A stretch of 61,939 bases of DNA, filler included, from Fonticula-like sp. SCN 57-25 (lineage: Eukaryota): NCBI GenBank assembly GCA_001724245.1. It is 7 parts of 7 records of this genome, joined end to end, with 100 filler letters (N's around TTAATTAATTAA, not from the genome) between each part and the next. Parts side by side here need not be neighbours in the genome. Positions count along the whole stretch, not along the records: positions 8,897 to 17,685 come from MEDX01000287.1; positions 17,786 to 26,554 come from MEDX01000288.1; 5 more parts are not named here. The stretch is one strand, 5' to 3'. The position numbers were made by a program, and so were the translations under genes. Positions 11,478 through 21,754 of the stretch are shown piece after piece. The notes beneath the pieces were generated by a model, which saw only the letters and a list, made by a program, of their open reading frames with translations, did not search any database and was not told the origin of the DNA. How positions within the stretch are numbered: the stretch's first letter is position 1; each line of letters starts with the position of its first letter.

Positions 11478-12294
11478 TTATTCTGTTGGTACAATGGCAA
11501 TACGCGGATGGCGCGCCACGTGCGCGCGCAGCCGCTCATAGTCTTCATCTCCCTCGACGGGCCCCACAATCACATTATAAAACTCGTGCATAAACTCTAC
11601 AATAATTCTGCCGTCCATAGTTGTGCTCCTTGCCGACTCGAGCCCGCTCTCGTGCACCATCAGCACCAGATCGCGGCACTTTTCCTGCGTCTTTGACAGC
11701 GCCGGCTGCACATACTCGACGTCGAGAACGCGAAAGCCGAGGCGGCCGAGAACACGCCGACGTTCCGCGGGCGGCATGACGTCACGGTCGGCGGCAACGC
11801 GGTCAGAGTTTGCTTCCAGGAAGAGCGCGCGGAGGGGGAGATCGCCCGCTGATAATGGGCTGTTAGTAGTGCACGCTATCAATAAAAGCAGCGCACCTCG
11901 ACAGGCCGACGAGATGGCGCTGGATAAACATTCTCGTACGAGCTTGCCCGCTGTGCGCACCACGCGTTAGATCCCCACCAGAGCAGATCACGCACGTACC
12001 GATGCCGCGACCGCGCGCGTGCTCGCTCACCACAATGTATGTCAAAAGTGCACATCGCGACACAGGATAGAATTCACATGCGGCGCCGCCGAGCAGCGCG
12101 TCGGTCTCTGCGTCGTAGATCAGGATGAGGGAGAGGTCGTACTCGACGGGATGCTGCAGTGCCCAGAGCATCGTTTTGATGTCCTCGAGCTCGTCCGGGT
12201 GCATGCCAAAGTTGGGGATCATGAGCTCTTCATAAAATTGCTCCACAAACGACCTGTCAAACTGCTGGTGCACGCGCACTATCTCTGTCTTCAT
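11478..12294 (-). CDS. GNAT-family N-acetyltransferase
   Basis: Exons 12294-12000, 11950-11897 and 11848-11478. Acetyl-CoA motif A LLTYIVVSEHARGRGIAGKL; LFLEAN and LGFRVLDVEYVQPAL. Confidence 0.8.
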
Positions 12295-12506
12295 TTTCTT
12301 GGAGATCCGCGCGGCGGCCGCGATGGGATGCTCTGACAAAACGCTGACAACAAAACGCTGACACACCATTCTGCCGCGGCGACTTTTGCACAGGGGGGAA
12401 GGGGCCGATGGTGATTCAACCTCCAGGGATGTGCTTCCCCTCCCCACTTTTCGGCTCCTGCTTCCCTTTGGGCAGCAAAGGGTCTTTTATCTAGTGTCTC
12501 GATCCG

Positions 12507-14978
12507 ATGGGCGGGATTGCAGCGTTCGCGGCCGTCGGCTGCCTGTGCGTCTTGCTATGCGTATCGCACGGCATCCTGTCGCAACAGGCGCTCATCGCGG
12601 GCATCGAGAGCGCGTCGACCCAGACAATCTCTCTATTGTTTGTGGCGTTTATCCAGGTTGCAGTCTGCGCGTTGTGCGCGCCGTCAGTTTGGGCGCGCGT
12701 GCGCGGCACTCCCTCCCCGCCGCTCTCTGATCAGCTGCCTGTCGTGAGCGTGTGGATGCAGGGCATCCTCGCGTACCTCTCGACGCTTCTGACATGCGCT
12801 TCCTACATGTTTGTCGGCGTCATTGTCACCCAGTCGGTCAAGTCAGTTTCGCCGCTCTTTGCCGTCATATTCGCCTACGCATCATCCTCGCGATCCCGCG
12901 GGATCGACGCCGCCTCCGCCGCCGAGATCGGCTCGATCCTCCTCATCTGCACCGGCGTCATGCTGCTCGTGCGTCCCTCTGACCCCGACGCCGTTTCATC
13001 CAGCTACTCGACCGGCGTCCTGCTCGGCCTCGGCGCCGCCGCCATCGGCGTCATCCGCTCATCGCTCGCCGACACTGCTGACCCTGCCCACGCAGCCAAC
13101 ACGGGTAGTATCCACATGGCCACTGCTGCTGTCGCGCTCTTTTCGCTGCTCATTGGGTGTGTCAGCGCGCCGTCCGTTATCTTTAATGCCTTTTTTGGCA
13201 GCGCGTCTGCCGCATCTTTCGCCGCCATTGCATTGTTCGCCGCCGCCGCCGGCCTCGCACTCGCCGCCCACTCGACCGCGTCCACGTGGCTTCTGTCACG
13301 CATCCCTATATCCACGTGGCCAAGTGTGCGGTCTGCCGAGTCGCCGGTTGCCGTGCTTGCCTGCCTGCTCTTTCTTTCCGGTGCACCAACCATCCACATG
13401 GCCGGTATCGCCGTCCTCTGCGCGGGCGCCGGTATCCACGTGGTCGCCTCTGCTGCCCAATCACTGCGCGGCCCAAAAACGCCTTTCAGTGCTTCGCGTC
13501 GCGGCCTTGTCACTGTCCTTGTCGCCGTCCTCCTCGTGGCGGCGCTGACACTGCGCAGCGTCCCATTGGCCACTTTCGACGCACCCGACGCCCTCACAAT
13601 CAAAGCATTCCAACTCAACGGCCACGTGGCGCTAGCACCTATCCTCCCACCCGCCCCCGGTCGCCCCTCTGCAGCCGCCCTCTCCAAAAACTATACCCTT
13701 TCCTGCTTTGGCGCCGAAGGCAACCTCGGCGACGACGGCCTCGCCATCATCTGCGGCCACGTGTTCGCCGCAGCCGCCCTTCGCGTTGGAATGTCGCTCA
13801 CGATTGTCCCGCCGAGCGCCGCCTCGCCCGACACTATTCTTGTCTTTGGCGGCGGCTCGATGCTCAATGTCGGCTGGGCGTTTGGCCAATGGAATCGCAC
13901 GCTCGCGCGCATCGGCGTCGATCGGCCGCGCCACGCGGTCTTTCTCTTTGGCGGCGGGTATGACGACAATGGGCTTACATGGACGCACGCGCGCGCCAAT
14001 GTCGACATCGCCGTCGGCAGTGTCGCATTGGCTCTGGCTAAAAATAACTTTATTTTGACGTCCGACGGCGAATTTTCTTCTGACGGCGCATTTTCCTCGG
14101 CATTTTCCCCTTCTAATCTGCCGCGACTTCCAATTGACCGCATTGGCGGGACAGTCACACAAGGCTGGCCGCGCCTCGCGCCACTTTTGTCCTTTGGCGG
14201 TGTCCGCGGACCACTCTCAGCCTATGCCTTTTCGCAAATTTCCCGCGAGGCAAACATTTCCTTTCCCGTCGCGCGGCGCGTCCTCGGCGACGCGGGCGTC
14301 TTTGCCGCCAAATACATTTCACCCGACTTTGAACTCGCGTCACTTTTCGCCGCCACGTCGAACGGCGCCACTCCACAATATGTCGTTTTTGTTATGGGCG
14401 CGTCTTCCGACGGCGGCTTTTTCGGCGCCGGCGACAAAAGCGACAAAAGCGCGGGAATCGCCGCCGAAGTCGACGCCTTTTCCGCCGCCGCGCAGCACCT
14501 TGTCCGAAAAGGGTACCACGTGGTGTTTGTCCCGATGTCGCGGAACGCGCCAGACGCACTTCTCGTCACTGGAATTGCGCAAAACTGCACGCTAAATATG
14601 CCGAGCGAGTATCACGTGCGCGTCTCATTCATAAAAAGTGTCCCGCCAATGCCAAAAATGCTCGGCTTAATGGCCAATGCCGCGGCCGTTGTCGCTCACA
14701 AGCTTCACGGCGGCGTCTTTGCAGGCGCAGTTGGAACGCCTTTTGTTGCAATTGCATACAGATTAAAGCATTATGATTGGGCGCTTTCAATTGACGCGCT
14801 TGAACTTGTTGTGCACCTTGAGGACCTCACGGCGGAAAGGCTTATTGAGAGGCTTGAATATGTGGAGAGGAATAGGGAGAGGATAAGGGCGCACTTGTTG
14901 GGGATGGTGGAAGTGTATGCGGAGAGATATGAAAGGGCGGCGGATGAGTATTTGAGACATATTCTAAGCACGCAATGA
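12507..14978 (+). CDS. Fusion: DMT-superfamily (TPT/EamA-like) multipass transporter + polysaccharide pyruvyltransferase domain
   Basis: 823-aa intronless ORF. About 10 hydrophobic helices with QSVKSVSPLFAVIFAY, then an extra TM. The C-terminal domain has GNLGDD, FGGGSML, GVRGPLS, LGDAG and HKLHGGVFAGAVGTPFVAIAY motifs of the PS_pyruv_trans (CsaB/WcaK/Pvg1) family. Confidence 0.8.
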   Translation: MGGIAAFAAVGCLCVLLCVSHGILSQQALIAGIESASTQTISLLFVAFIQVAVCALCAPSVWARVRGTPSPPLSDQLPVVSVWMQGILAYLSTLLTCASYMFVGVIVTQSVKSVSPLFAVIFAYASSSRSRGIDAASAAEIGSILLICTGVMLLVRPSDPDAVSSSYSTGVLLGLGAAAIGVIRSSLADTADPAHAANTGSIHMATAAVALFSLLIGCVSAPSVIFNAFFGSASAASFAAIALFAAAAGLALAAHSTASTWLLSRIPISTWPSVRSAESPVAVLACLLFLSGAPTIHMAGIAVLCAGAGIHVVASAAQSLRGPKTPFSASRRGLVTVLVAVLLVAALTLRSVPLATFDAPDALTIKAFQLNGHVALAPILPPAPGRPSAAALSKNYTLSCFGAEGNLGDDGLAIICGHVFAAAALRVGMSLTIVPPSAASPDTILVFGGGSMLNVGWAFGQWNRTLARIGVDRPRHAVFLFGGGYDDNGLTWTHARANVDIAVGSVALALAKNNFILTSDGEFSSDGAFSSAFSPSNLPRLPIDRIGGTVTQGWPRLAPLLSFGGVRGPLSAYAFSQISREANISFPVARRVLGDAGVFAAKYISPDFELASLFAATSNGATPQYVVFVMGASSDGGFFGAGDKSDKSAGIAAEVDAFSAAAQHLVRKGYHVVFVPMSRNAPDALLVTGIAQNCTLNMPSEYHVRVSFIKSVPPMPKMLGLMANAAAVVAHKLHGGVFAGAVGTPFVAIAYRLKHYDWALSIDALELVVHLEDLTAERLIERLEYVERNRERIRAHLLGMVEVYAERYERAADEYLRHILSTQ

Positions 14979-15228
14979 ACAAGTTTTGGATTGTATTGTA
15001 GTGTATTGCATGACATTGTTATTTACAATAGGATACATGGTATGATACATAATATAATAAACATTGCATACATTTTCATTCATAACTGCACTTTGTTTAT
15101 TATATTCAATTCATACACATTTGTAGTACTACATTGTACATTTAACACATGTACATACAACAATTTCATTCGTCTTATCGGCCACAAATCAGCCCTGCCA
15201 CTTTGCTGACTCATCATATCGGTCACCG

Positions 15229-16947
15229 ATGTCGCTGTATGGGGATCTCGCCATCGGCGAGCTCGGCCCCGATGGCCAGTGGCGCGCCGCCGCCAAGCCA
15301 CCCGCTGCCGCCGCTCCACCTGAGCCTCCCGCCCCCGTTCCTGCCCCCGTCACAGTTGAAGCCACGGCATCACCAACACCATCGTCATCATCAGCGTCAT
15401 CGACATCGGCACCCACTCCTACTGTATCCACCAAGCCATCGACGATCCCGAGCGATCTTCTTGTGAGCCTCGCTGCACAAAAACGCCGCCATCACCAGCA
15501 GCAGTCCGCGCCGCGTATTCCCTCGCGCCCCGCCCCGCCCTCCACCATCACTGCCGCCGCGCCAATCCCATCCGCCCCCCTCGAGTGGTACCTCGCCGAT
15601 GCCCCCCCCGTGGCCGATGAGTACCATCCCGGCAACCCCAACGACTATGACACTGTCAAAGCACGCCAGGCTCGCGAGCGCGAAGAAAGCGACGCGGCAG
15701 AAGAAGATCGGCGGCGCGATGAGGAGGAAGATGAGCGCGATCGGCGGCGTGTCGAGCAGGCAGCAAAGTACCCGCCGCCGCCGACGCACTATTACGCGCA
15801 GAGCGAAGAAACACTGAGCGAAAAGACAGCAGCGCGTGCACTTGCAGAAGCAGTCATTGCGCGCGCACTCGCTGAAGCAAAGGAGCAAGAAATGGACGCA
15901 CAAGATGCGAATTTAAGAGGCGAAGTACAAGAAAAACACGACAAAAGTGACGAAATTGACTCCAAAAGTGACGAAATTGACACTAAAAACGACAATTTTG
16001 ACACTAAAAATGACGAAATTGACACTAAAAACGACAATTCTCGTCACTTACAAGACACTTCCAACGATCTTTTCGAAGAAGAAGACATTGACGGCGAGCC
16101 AATTGAGGGCCCACTTCCACCGCCGCCACCCTCCTCTGGCCTTGCCGCCGCCGTGCGCATGATGGAACGAATGGGGTGGAAAGCAGGACAAGGATTGGGC
16201 CGTGAAGAGCAGGGGATTACAAGTGCATTAAAGGTGGAAAAGACAAGTAGGTCAAAAGGGATTGTAAAGGCACCAATAAGGCCATCAACTGGTACGAAAA
16301 GAGAGTTTGATATGTGTTACTAATGAGGTAATTTAGTTGTTTTATTACGAGTACGCAAGGAATACGTTTATTTGATGTTACTTTTTTAATGGGAATTGTT
16401 CATGACATACATGTTTGTTGTTCATGTTCATGTTCATGTTCATGTTCATGTTCTCATATACATGTTTGTTGATAATGTTCTCATAGACATATTTGTTGCT
16501 CATGTTCTCATAGACATGATTGTTGTTCATGTTTTCATATACATGTATGTTGTTCATGTTCATGTTCTCATATACATGTTGTTCATTTTCTCATATACAT
16601 GCTTGTCTGTTCATGTTCATATTTTCTTTCCTTTCCCCCCCCTTCTGCTGACACACCATTAGAATATGGCACACCGCGATGACGTCGACGCCGACCTCGA
16701 ATCCGAAACACGTGACGAGTGCGCCCGATTTGGCACCGTCCGACGATGCCTCGTCTATATCATGCCTGACGCGTCACGTGACCCAAGTGAAGCAGTTCGC
16801 ATATTTGTCCAGTTTGCGACATTTGAAGAGGCGAAAAGGGCAGTTGAGGCAATGAATAAGAGGTTTTTTGCGGCGAGGCAGATTTTGGCGTGTTTATATG
16901 ATGAAGAGAGGTTTTTGTCATTCGATCTCGCTGCTGAACTGTCATGA
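15229..16947 (+). CDS. RBM17: Splicing factor 45 (SPF45/RBM17/DRT111): SPF45 motif, G-patch, UHM
   Basis: MSLYGDL start, DEYHPGNPNDY motif, G-patch MMERMGWKAGQGLGREEQGI, UHM ECARFG...VRIFVQF...RFFAAR. Exons 15229-16291, 16337-16350 and 16663-16947. Confidence 0.9.
16396..16620. repeat. Intronic minisatellite built from (GTTCAT)n and CATGTTCTCATATACATG units
   Basis: Visible tandem repeats inside the SPF45 intron 16351-16662. Confidence 0.85.
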
Positions 16948-17349
16948 AAAGTGACAAAAAGTGAAGGAATTGTGGCTAAAATGTGAAGGAAATTGACATT
17001 TTTGGTGTCATTTTCAATGATTGTACCTCTTTTTTGTCACTTTTTAGTGTCATTTTCGTCTCTTTTTCTGTGTCAATTTGGCGCCAATTTTCTTTCCCTG
17101 TACTACCATTATCCCAATAACATTCATTCTCATATTCAATTGCGAAATTCCTATTGTATTCCGTGCATCCGACGGGCTGGCAAATACGACTAAATATGAT
17201 GCACACGTAATCGAAAAAAGACCAAAAAAGGAGCGAAAAAGTTGCCACGTGGCACGTTAGTTCTCTTTCCAACAATAAAAAACACCCTCTTTCCTTCACT
17301 TTCCTTCATTCTCATCACATGACCACATCACGTGACACAATCACGTGAC

Positions 17350-17575
17350 TCAGTTGGCAATGTCCTGGAACCACGGATGTTCGAGTGCGCGCTTGGCAGA
17401 AATGCGCGCGGCGGGATCGAGTGTCAGCATTTGCATCAAGAGATCGACGCCGATCGGGTCGAGTTCAGGGGCGATCGTGTTGGGATCGACGGCCTTCCAT
17501 TGGGGCATTTGTTGGCGCCACGCCTTGAGCTCGGTGACGCCGGGCCAAACATCATCAGTGGGAGTGCCACGAACA
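17350..17575 (-). CDS. Cyclin-dependent kinase (CDK1/2-like), last exon only
   Basis: Not in the ORF track. After a TTTCAG acceptor it reads VRGTPTDDVWPGVTELKAWRQQMPQW...GVDLLMQMLTLDPAARISAKRALEHPWFQDIAN*. Confidence 0.85.
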
Positions 17576-17685
17576 CTGAAAAAGTGTTAGTGGAAAAGTG
17601 AGGAAAAAGTGAGGAAAAGTGGGCAAAAGTGGAAAAAATGGGGCGAAAATGACACAAATTGGCACAAAAAGTCATAAAAAGTCAC

Positions 17686-17785
17686 NNNNNNNNNNNNNNN
17701 NNNNNNNNNNNNNNNNNNNNNNNNNNNNNTTAATTAATTAANNNNNNNNNNNNNNNNNNNNNNNNNNNNNNNNNNNNNNNNNNNN
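17686..17785. other. Artificial contig linker
   Basis: N44-TTAATTAATTAA-N44. Confidence 0.98.
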
Positions 17786-17999
17786 ACCACTCGGCGGGGA
17801 TCTGGCTCACATCCTCCTTCTTGTTGCCGTGGATCACCCAGCGACCAAGAGGGTTCGGGTACTCGGTGCTCTCATAATAACGGTTATTAAACATGTCAGT
17901 TCCAATGAGGCGACCAACACGGGTGTCGCCCATGCGGTACAGCTGCTCATAGACTGTGGGCCAATCGCTCGTGCGAAGCGCCCGAAGGAATCGGCTCAT
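17786..17999 (-). CDS. NDUFA12: NADH:ubiquinone oxidoreductase subunit NDUFA12 (B17.2), first exon; truncated
   Basis: GRLIGTDMFNNRYYE...GRWVI...DVSQIPAEW family signature. Confidence 0.88.
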
Positions 18000-18328
18000 G
18001 ATCGTGGGTGTGGACCGCGCCGACAAAAGACAATGATGTCTGGGGTGGAATCCGGGGTTGATTTGAATTGTTTGGGGTTGGATTTGAAGTATGGGGTGGA
18101 TTCTGGGGTAACAATCCTGAACCGTTTTTGGCGGTGGTGGACTGCAAAAGATCAGCTGTGATCAAGCTCTGCGCGACAGCCGAAAAAAATTACACTGGAC
18201 AAGTACTTACTTAATTTCTGAATGAGCGACGCTATACATTATTAAACAAACAAGAAATTTGCTTCGTTAACATTTTCTCCCTCCAATTCTTCTCCGCTCC
18301 ACGTCTCATTCGTCGTCCCTCCTCTCCC

Positions 18329-20027
18329 TTAGGCGAAGATGGCGGCGAGGCTGCCCTTCTCGGCCTGCTCGCGCGCAAAGTACTCGTAGTACTGGTAGAT
18401 GATGGTGACGGCGAGGAGGATACCGGTGCCCGAGCCGATGGCGCCGGTAAAGTCGGCAAAGACCGAGAGCGCGCCGATGCAGAGGCCACCAAACGCGGCG
18501 GCGATGGGGATGTAGCGGTTGAGGATCTGCTCAATGTTCTGGTCGCGGTGGCCAATGATGGTCATGCGCTGCTCGCGGAGCTGCTTGGCCACGTCCGAGG
18601 CCGACTGGCCCGAAAAGTCGACCCAGATCTTGGAGAAGAAGGCGCAGGTGCCGAGGACAAAGGCAATGTAAAAGAGCGTGTGGAAGGGGTCGGCCGTGAT
18701 GGCGGCGAACGTGCGCGGCGGCGACAGGTAGTACGCGAGACCGCCGGTGGCAGCCATCTGCTGCGAGCCCTGGACCTGCTGCCAGGTGCCAAAGAGCTGC
18801 ACGATAAAGTTGTCCGGGAAGCGCGTGAACAGGATCTGCGAGAAGAAGTAAATGTTGGTCACGAGCGCAGACTCGAGGATGATGGGCATGTTGGACGTGT
18901 AGAACAGCTTGATCGGGTACGTGCCGCGCTGGCCGCGGTTGACGGTCGACTCGACCGGGAGGTCCACGCGGAAGCCCTGGAAGTAGATCACGATCGTGAA
19001 CACGAGCACCGTCGCGAGGAGGTTGGTCATGTTGGGCAGCTGCTCGCGGTAGAACGCCTCGCGGAGAGCGCGCGTCTTGTCCGAACGGGTGGCGAGCAGG
19101 TAGAACAGAGCAATGATCGCGCCCTCGAACTCAGTGCCGCGGCCAAGGTTGAGCGTCGTGGGGCTCACGGCGCGCCAGAGGATGCTCTCGCAAATGTTGG
19201 TGGCAATGAAGAGCGAGATGCCGCTGCCGAGACCGTAGCCCTTGGACAGAAGCTCGTCAATCATGATCACGAGCGCGCCAGCAAAGCAAAGCTGGACAAC
19301 GAGCATGACGCAGATGCCAAAACCGAGATCAGCAGGCTCTCCGTACATGCCAGTCCACACAGACACAATCGCCTGGCCGACAGACCAGACGAGAGCGAGG
19401 ACTAGCGCAAAGCAGTCAGCATACAAAAATTAATGTTAAGCAAGCTACGCACGCTTCTGGGCCGAGTTAAACAGTTCCTTGTCCTCAGGGACAGACTGGT
19501 CCACCTCAATGAGGTTGGCACCAACGAGCACCTGCAGAATCATGCCAGAGGTAACGACGGGGGTGATACCGAGCTCCATCAAGGTGCCGCGGTTCGAGCC
19601 AACAATCATGCGCATCCAGTAGAAGGGATCCGCCTTTTCATTGGAGAGGATGCCAAAGAGGGGGATTTGGCTGCAGACTAGGTACAACAGGAGGGACGCG
19701 GCAGTCCAGAGAACCTTTTCCTTGAAACGGATCTAATCGAGGAAAGGAAAAGAGATCCACGCTGTAAGAACCGGCTCCGCATACGACGAGGTGGGCGCCG
19801 CCATGGCATAGCATTAAACAAGGGATCGGGCCCCAAACAAGGGATCGATTACGAGGAAGGCAAAAAGAAAAGCACAAAACAATGGCGTACCTTCTTGACC
19901 GGCGAGGCCACCTCCGGCACCAACACGAGGATTGGACGAAGGTAGTGCAAAAGCGTCACTAGAAAGAGCAATAGTTAACATACTTTGGCTCCGCATCACC
20001 TCTGCCCTTTTTCCCAAAGGACGCACT
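18329..20027 (-). CDS. SEC61A: Protein transport protein Sec61 subunit alpha
   Basis: Exons 20027 (A of the ATG), 19958-19891, 19732-19453 and 19401-18329. Motifs [55 protein letters not shown]. Confidence 0.97.
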
Positions 20028-20201
20028 CTTGACTACCGTTCGAACAAAGCGAAAGACGCCGTCTTTGTGAGTTTTTTTCCCTCTTCCTTTTCCTTTTTTT
20101 CCTCTAATTTACTTGCGTGCGATTGGTCAGGAGCTTGCCGTTGGCACCATTTCATTGGCTGATAAATCAAAGGAAATCCGGGGGAGTTTGCAGTTTGCCC
20201 A

Positions 20202-21016
20202 ATGTCGGATGAAGAGGTGACGGGAAGCGGCGGCGAGGAGGATGCGACCCTCGAAGCGGACGGCTTTGCTTACAAGAAGCTTGGCCCGGAGGTGCGATAA
20301 GTGAGGTATTGATATAATGTGTGTCTGAACTGTACTAGATGCTGAGCAGCGACGCGTGGGACGACTCGCTTCTAATCAAGGCGTGGGAGAGCGCCACGGC
20401 GCAGTACAAGGTATGCGCCACGCCCGCGCTGATCCCGGTCCCTCACAACTTTTACTGCTATAGAAAGCGCACAATGGCGCTCAGACAGACGCGCCGTCGT
20501 CAAGTAAGCGCCCTGCCGCCGCACAGCCTTCCCCTTCTCCCGCCAAGAAGCGGCGGGATCAGTGGTCAGCAAACGACGCGTGCGAAGCATTCTGGGATGA
20601 GGACGGCAAGTGGTACCCGGCGCGCGTCGTTTCTGTCATCAATGACACTGTCATGGTGTCTTATGACGGCTATGACGTCACAAAGGCCGTCGGATCGGCA
20701 AACATTCGGCCGCTGAAAAAGGCGGCGGCGGCATCATCATCAAAGACTCAGCAGGCGGCTACGAGCAGCGCCGAATCATCGACAAAAAAGACGGCGGAAG
20801 CAAAGGAGCAGCGGCACGCGTCGTTTGCGCCGATTCCGCCGCCGCCCGCAATCCCTTCGAGAGGAGATGCGGCATCCGACGAGGACCTCACCAACCTCCT
20901 CATGGCTTGGTACTACTCGGGCTACTACACGGGACTGTACCAGGTGCGCACAGATCGTGTGGTTTATTTTAAACTGACAGGGTGAATAGGGGAAGCGGCA
21001 ACGCGGCGGCTCATAA
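20202..21016 (+). CDS. SMN: Survival motor neuron protein (Gemin2-binding, Tudor, YG box)
   Basis: Exons 20202-20291, 20339-20410, 20464-20943 and 20990-21016. DAWDDSLLIKAW, Tudor CEAFWDEDGKWYPARV and YG box LLMAWYYSGYYTGLYQG. Confidence 0.92.
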
Positions 21017-21218
21017 TACTGCGCCATTTTCCTTTTTTTGTTTGGATAGCATTATGTAAATAGCAACATTTATTATGAGTGTACACTGAAACCCTCAGGT
21101 CAACCTAGTGTACTGCGCCATGGCGGAGACAAAACGATGATATGAAAGGCGTTGGCCAAGGCAAGAAAACAGCAAACGATGACCGGGAAGGCGCCTTGAA
21201 AGAAGCGCCTTTTTCGGG

Positions 21219-21561
21219 CTACTTTTTCCCGCCTGATGCCGCGGCCGCAGCGGCCGCAGCCACCTTTTCGTCATGGAGGCGCTGCTTCTCGCGCATCTTG
21301 TCCGCATTGCTGCGAGAGCCCTGAGTGTAAGCGCTCCTCTTATCGATGTCTACAAGCCTTGCACAACGTACCTCTCCATGACAGTCGTGTGCCGTCCCTT
21401 ATTCTCATCGGCCTTTTGCGGGCCCGACTTGGCGCGGTTCTGCGCGCGCTCGCGATCACGATCCCTCTGGTTGCCACCTAGCAAGCAAAAAAACAAAAAA
21501 CTGTGAGCTGTGTGTTGCCTTTTGCGCGAAAGCGGTCGCCCGCGGGCCTCGTACGCGTCAT
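21219..21561 (-). CDS. SERF: Small EDRK-rich factor (SERF/4F5 family), ~67 aa
   Basis: Exons 21561-21555, 21477-21372 and 21309-21219 give MTRGNQRDRDRERAQ...ADKMREKQ. Confidence 0.88.
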
Positions 21562-21754
21562 ATTTGATTGTCTGCGACAAGATTATGCCGGCAAGGTTCG
21601 CTTGACGACGGTGTACTTGACCGGTTTCAACCGAGTGTTGGATCTGATGACCATCAACGACTTTCTTGATGACCATGAGGCATCAGTGAATCTTCGCGAA
21701 ACGGCTTCCTCGTGGCACTTGTTGCGCTCCCCTTTGAACACTATCGAGGCAAGC

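Noticed and set aside
16396-16662. His/Val-rich and Asn/Met-rich ORFs
   Set aside because: Translations of an intronic minisatellite.
19733-19890. Possible intronic snoRNA in the long Sec61-alpha intron (CGATCCCTTGTTT twice)
   Set aside because: No convincing C/D or H/ACA box arrangement by eye; an Rfam scan would be needed.
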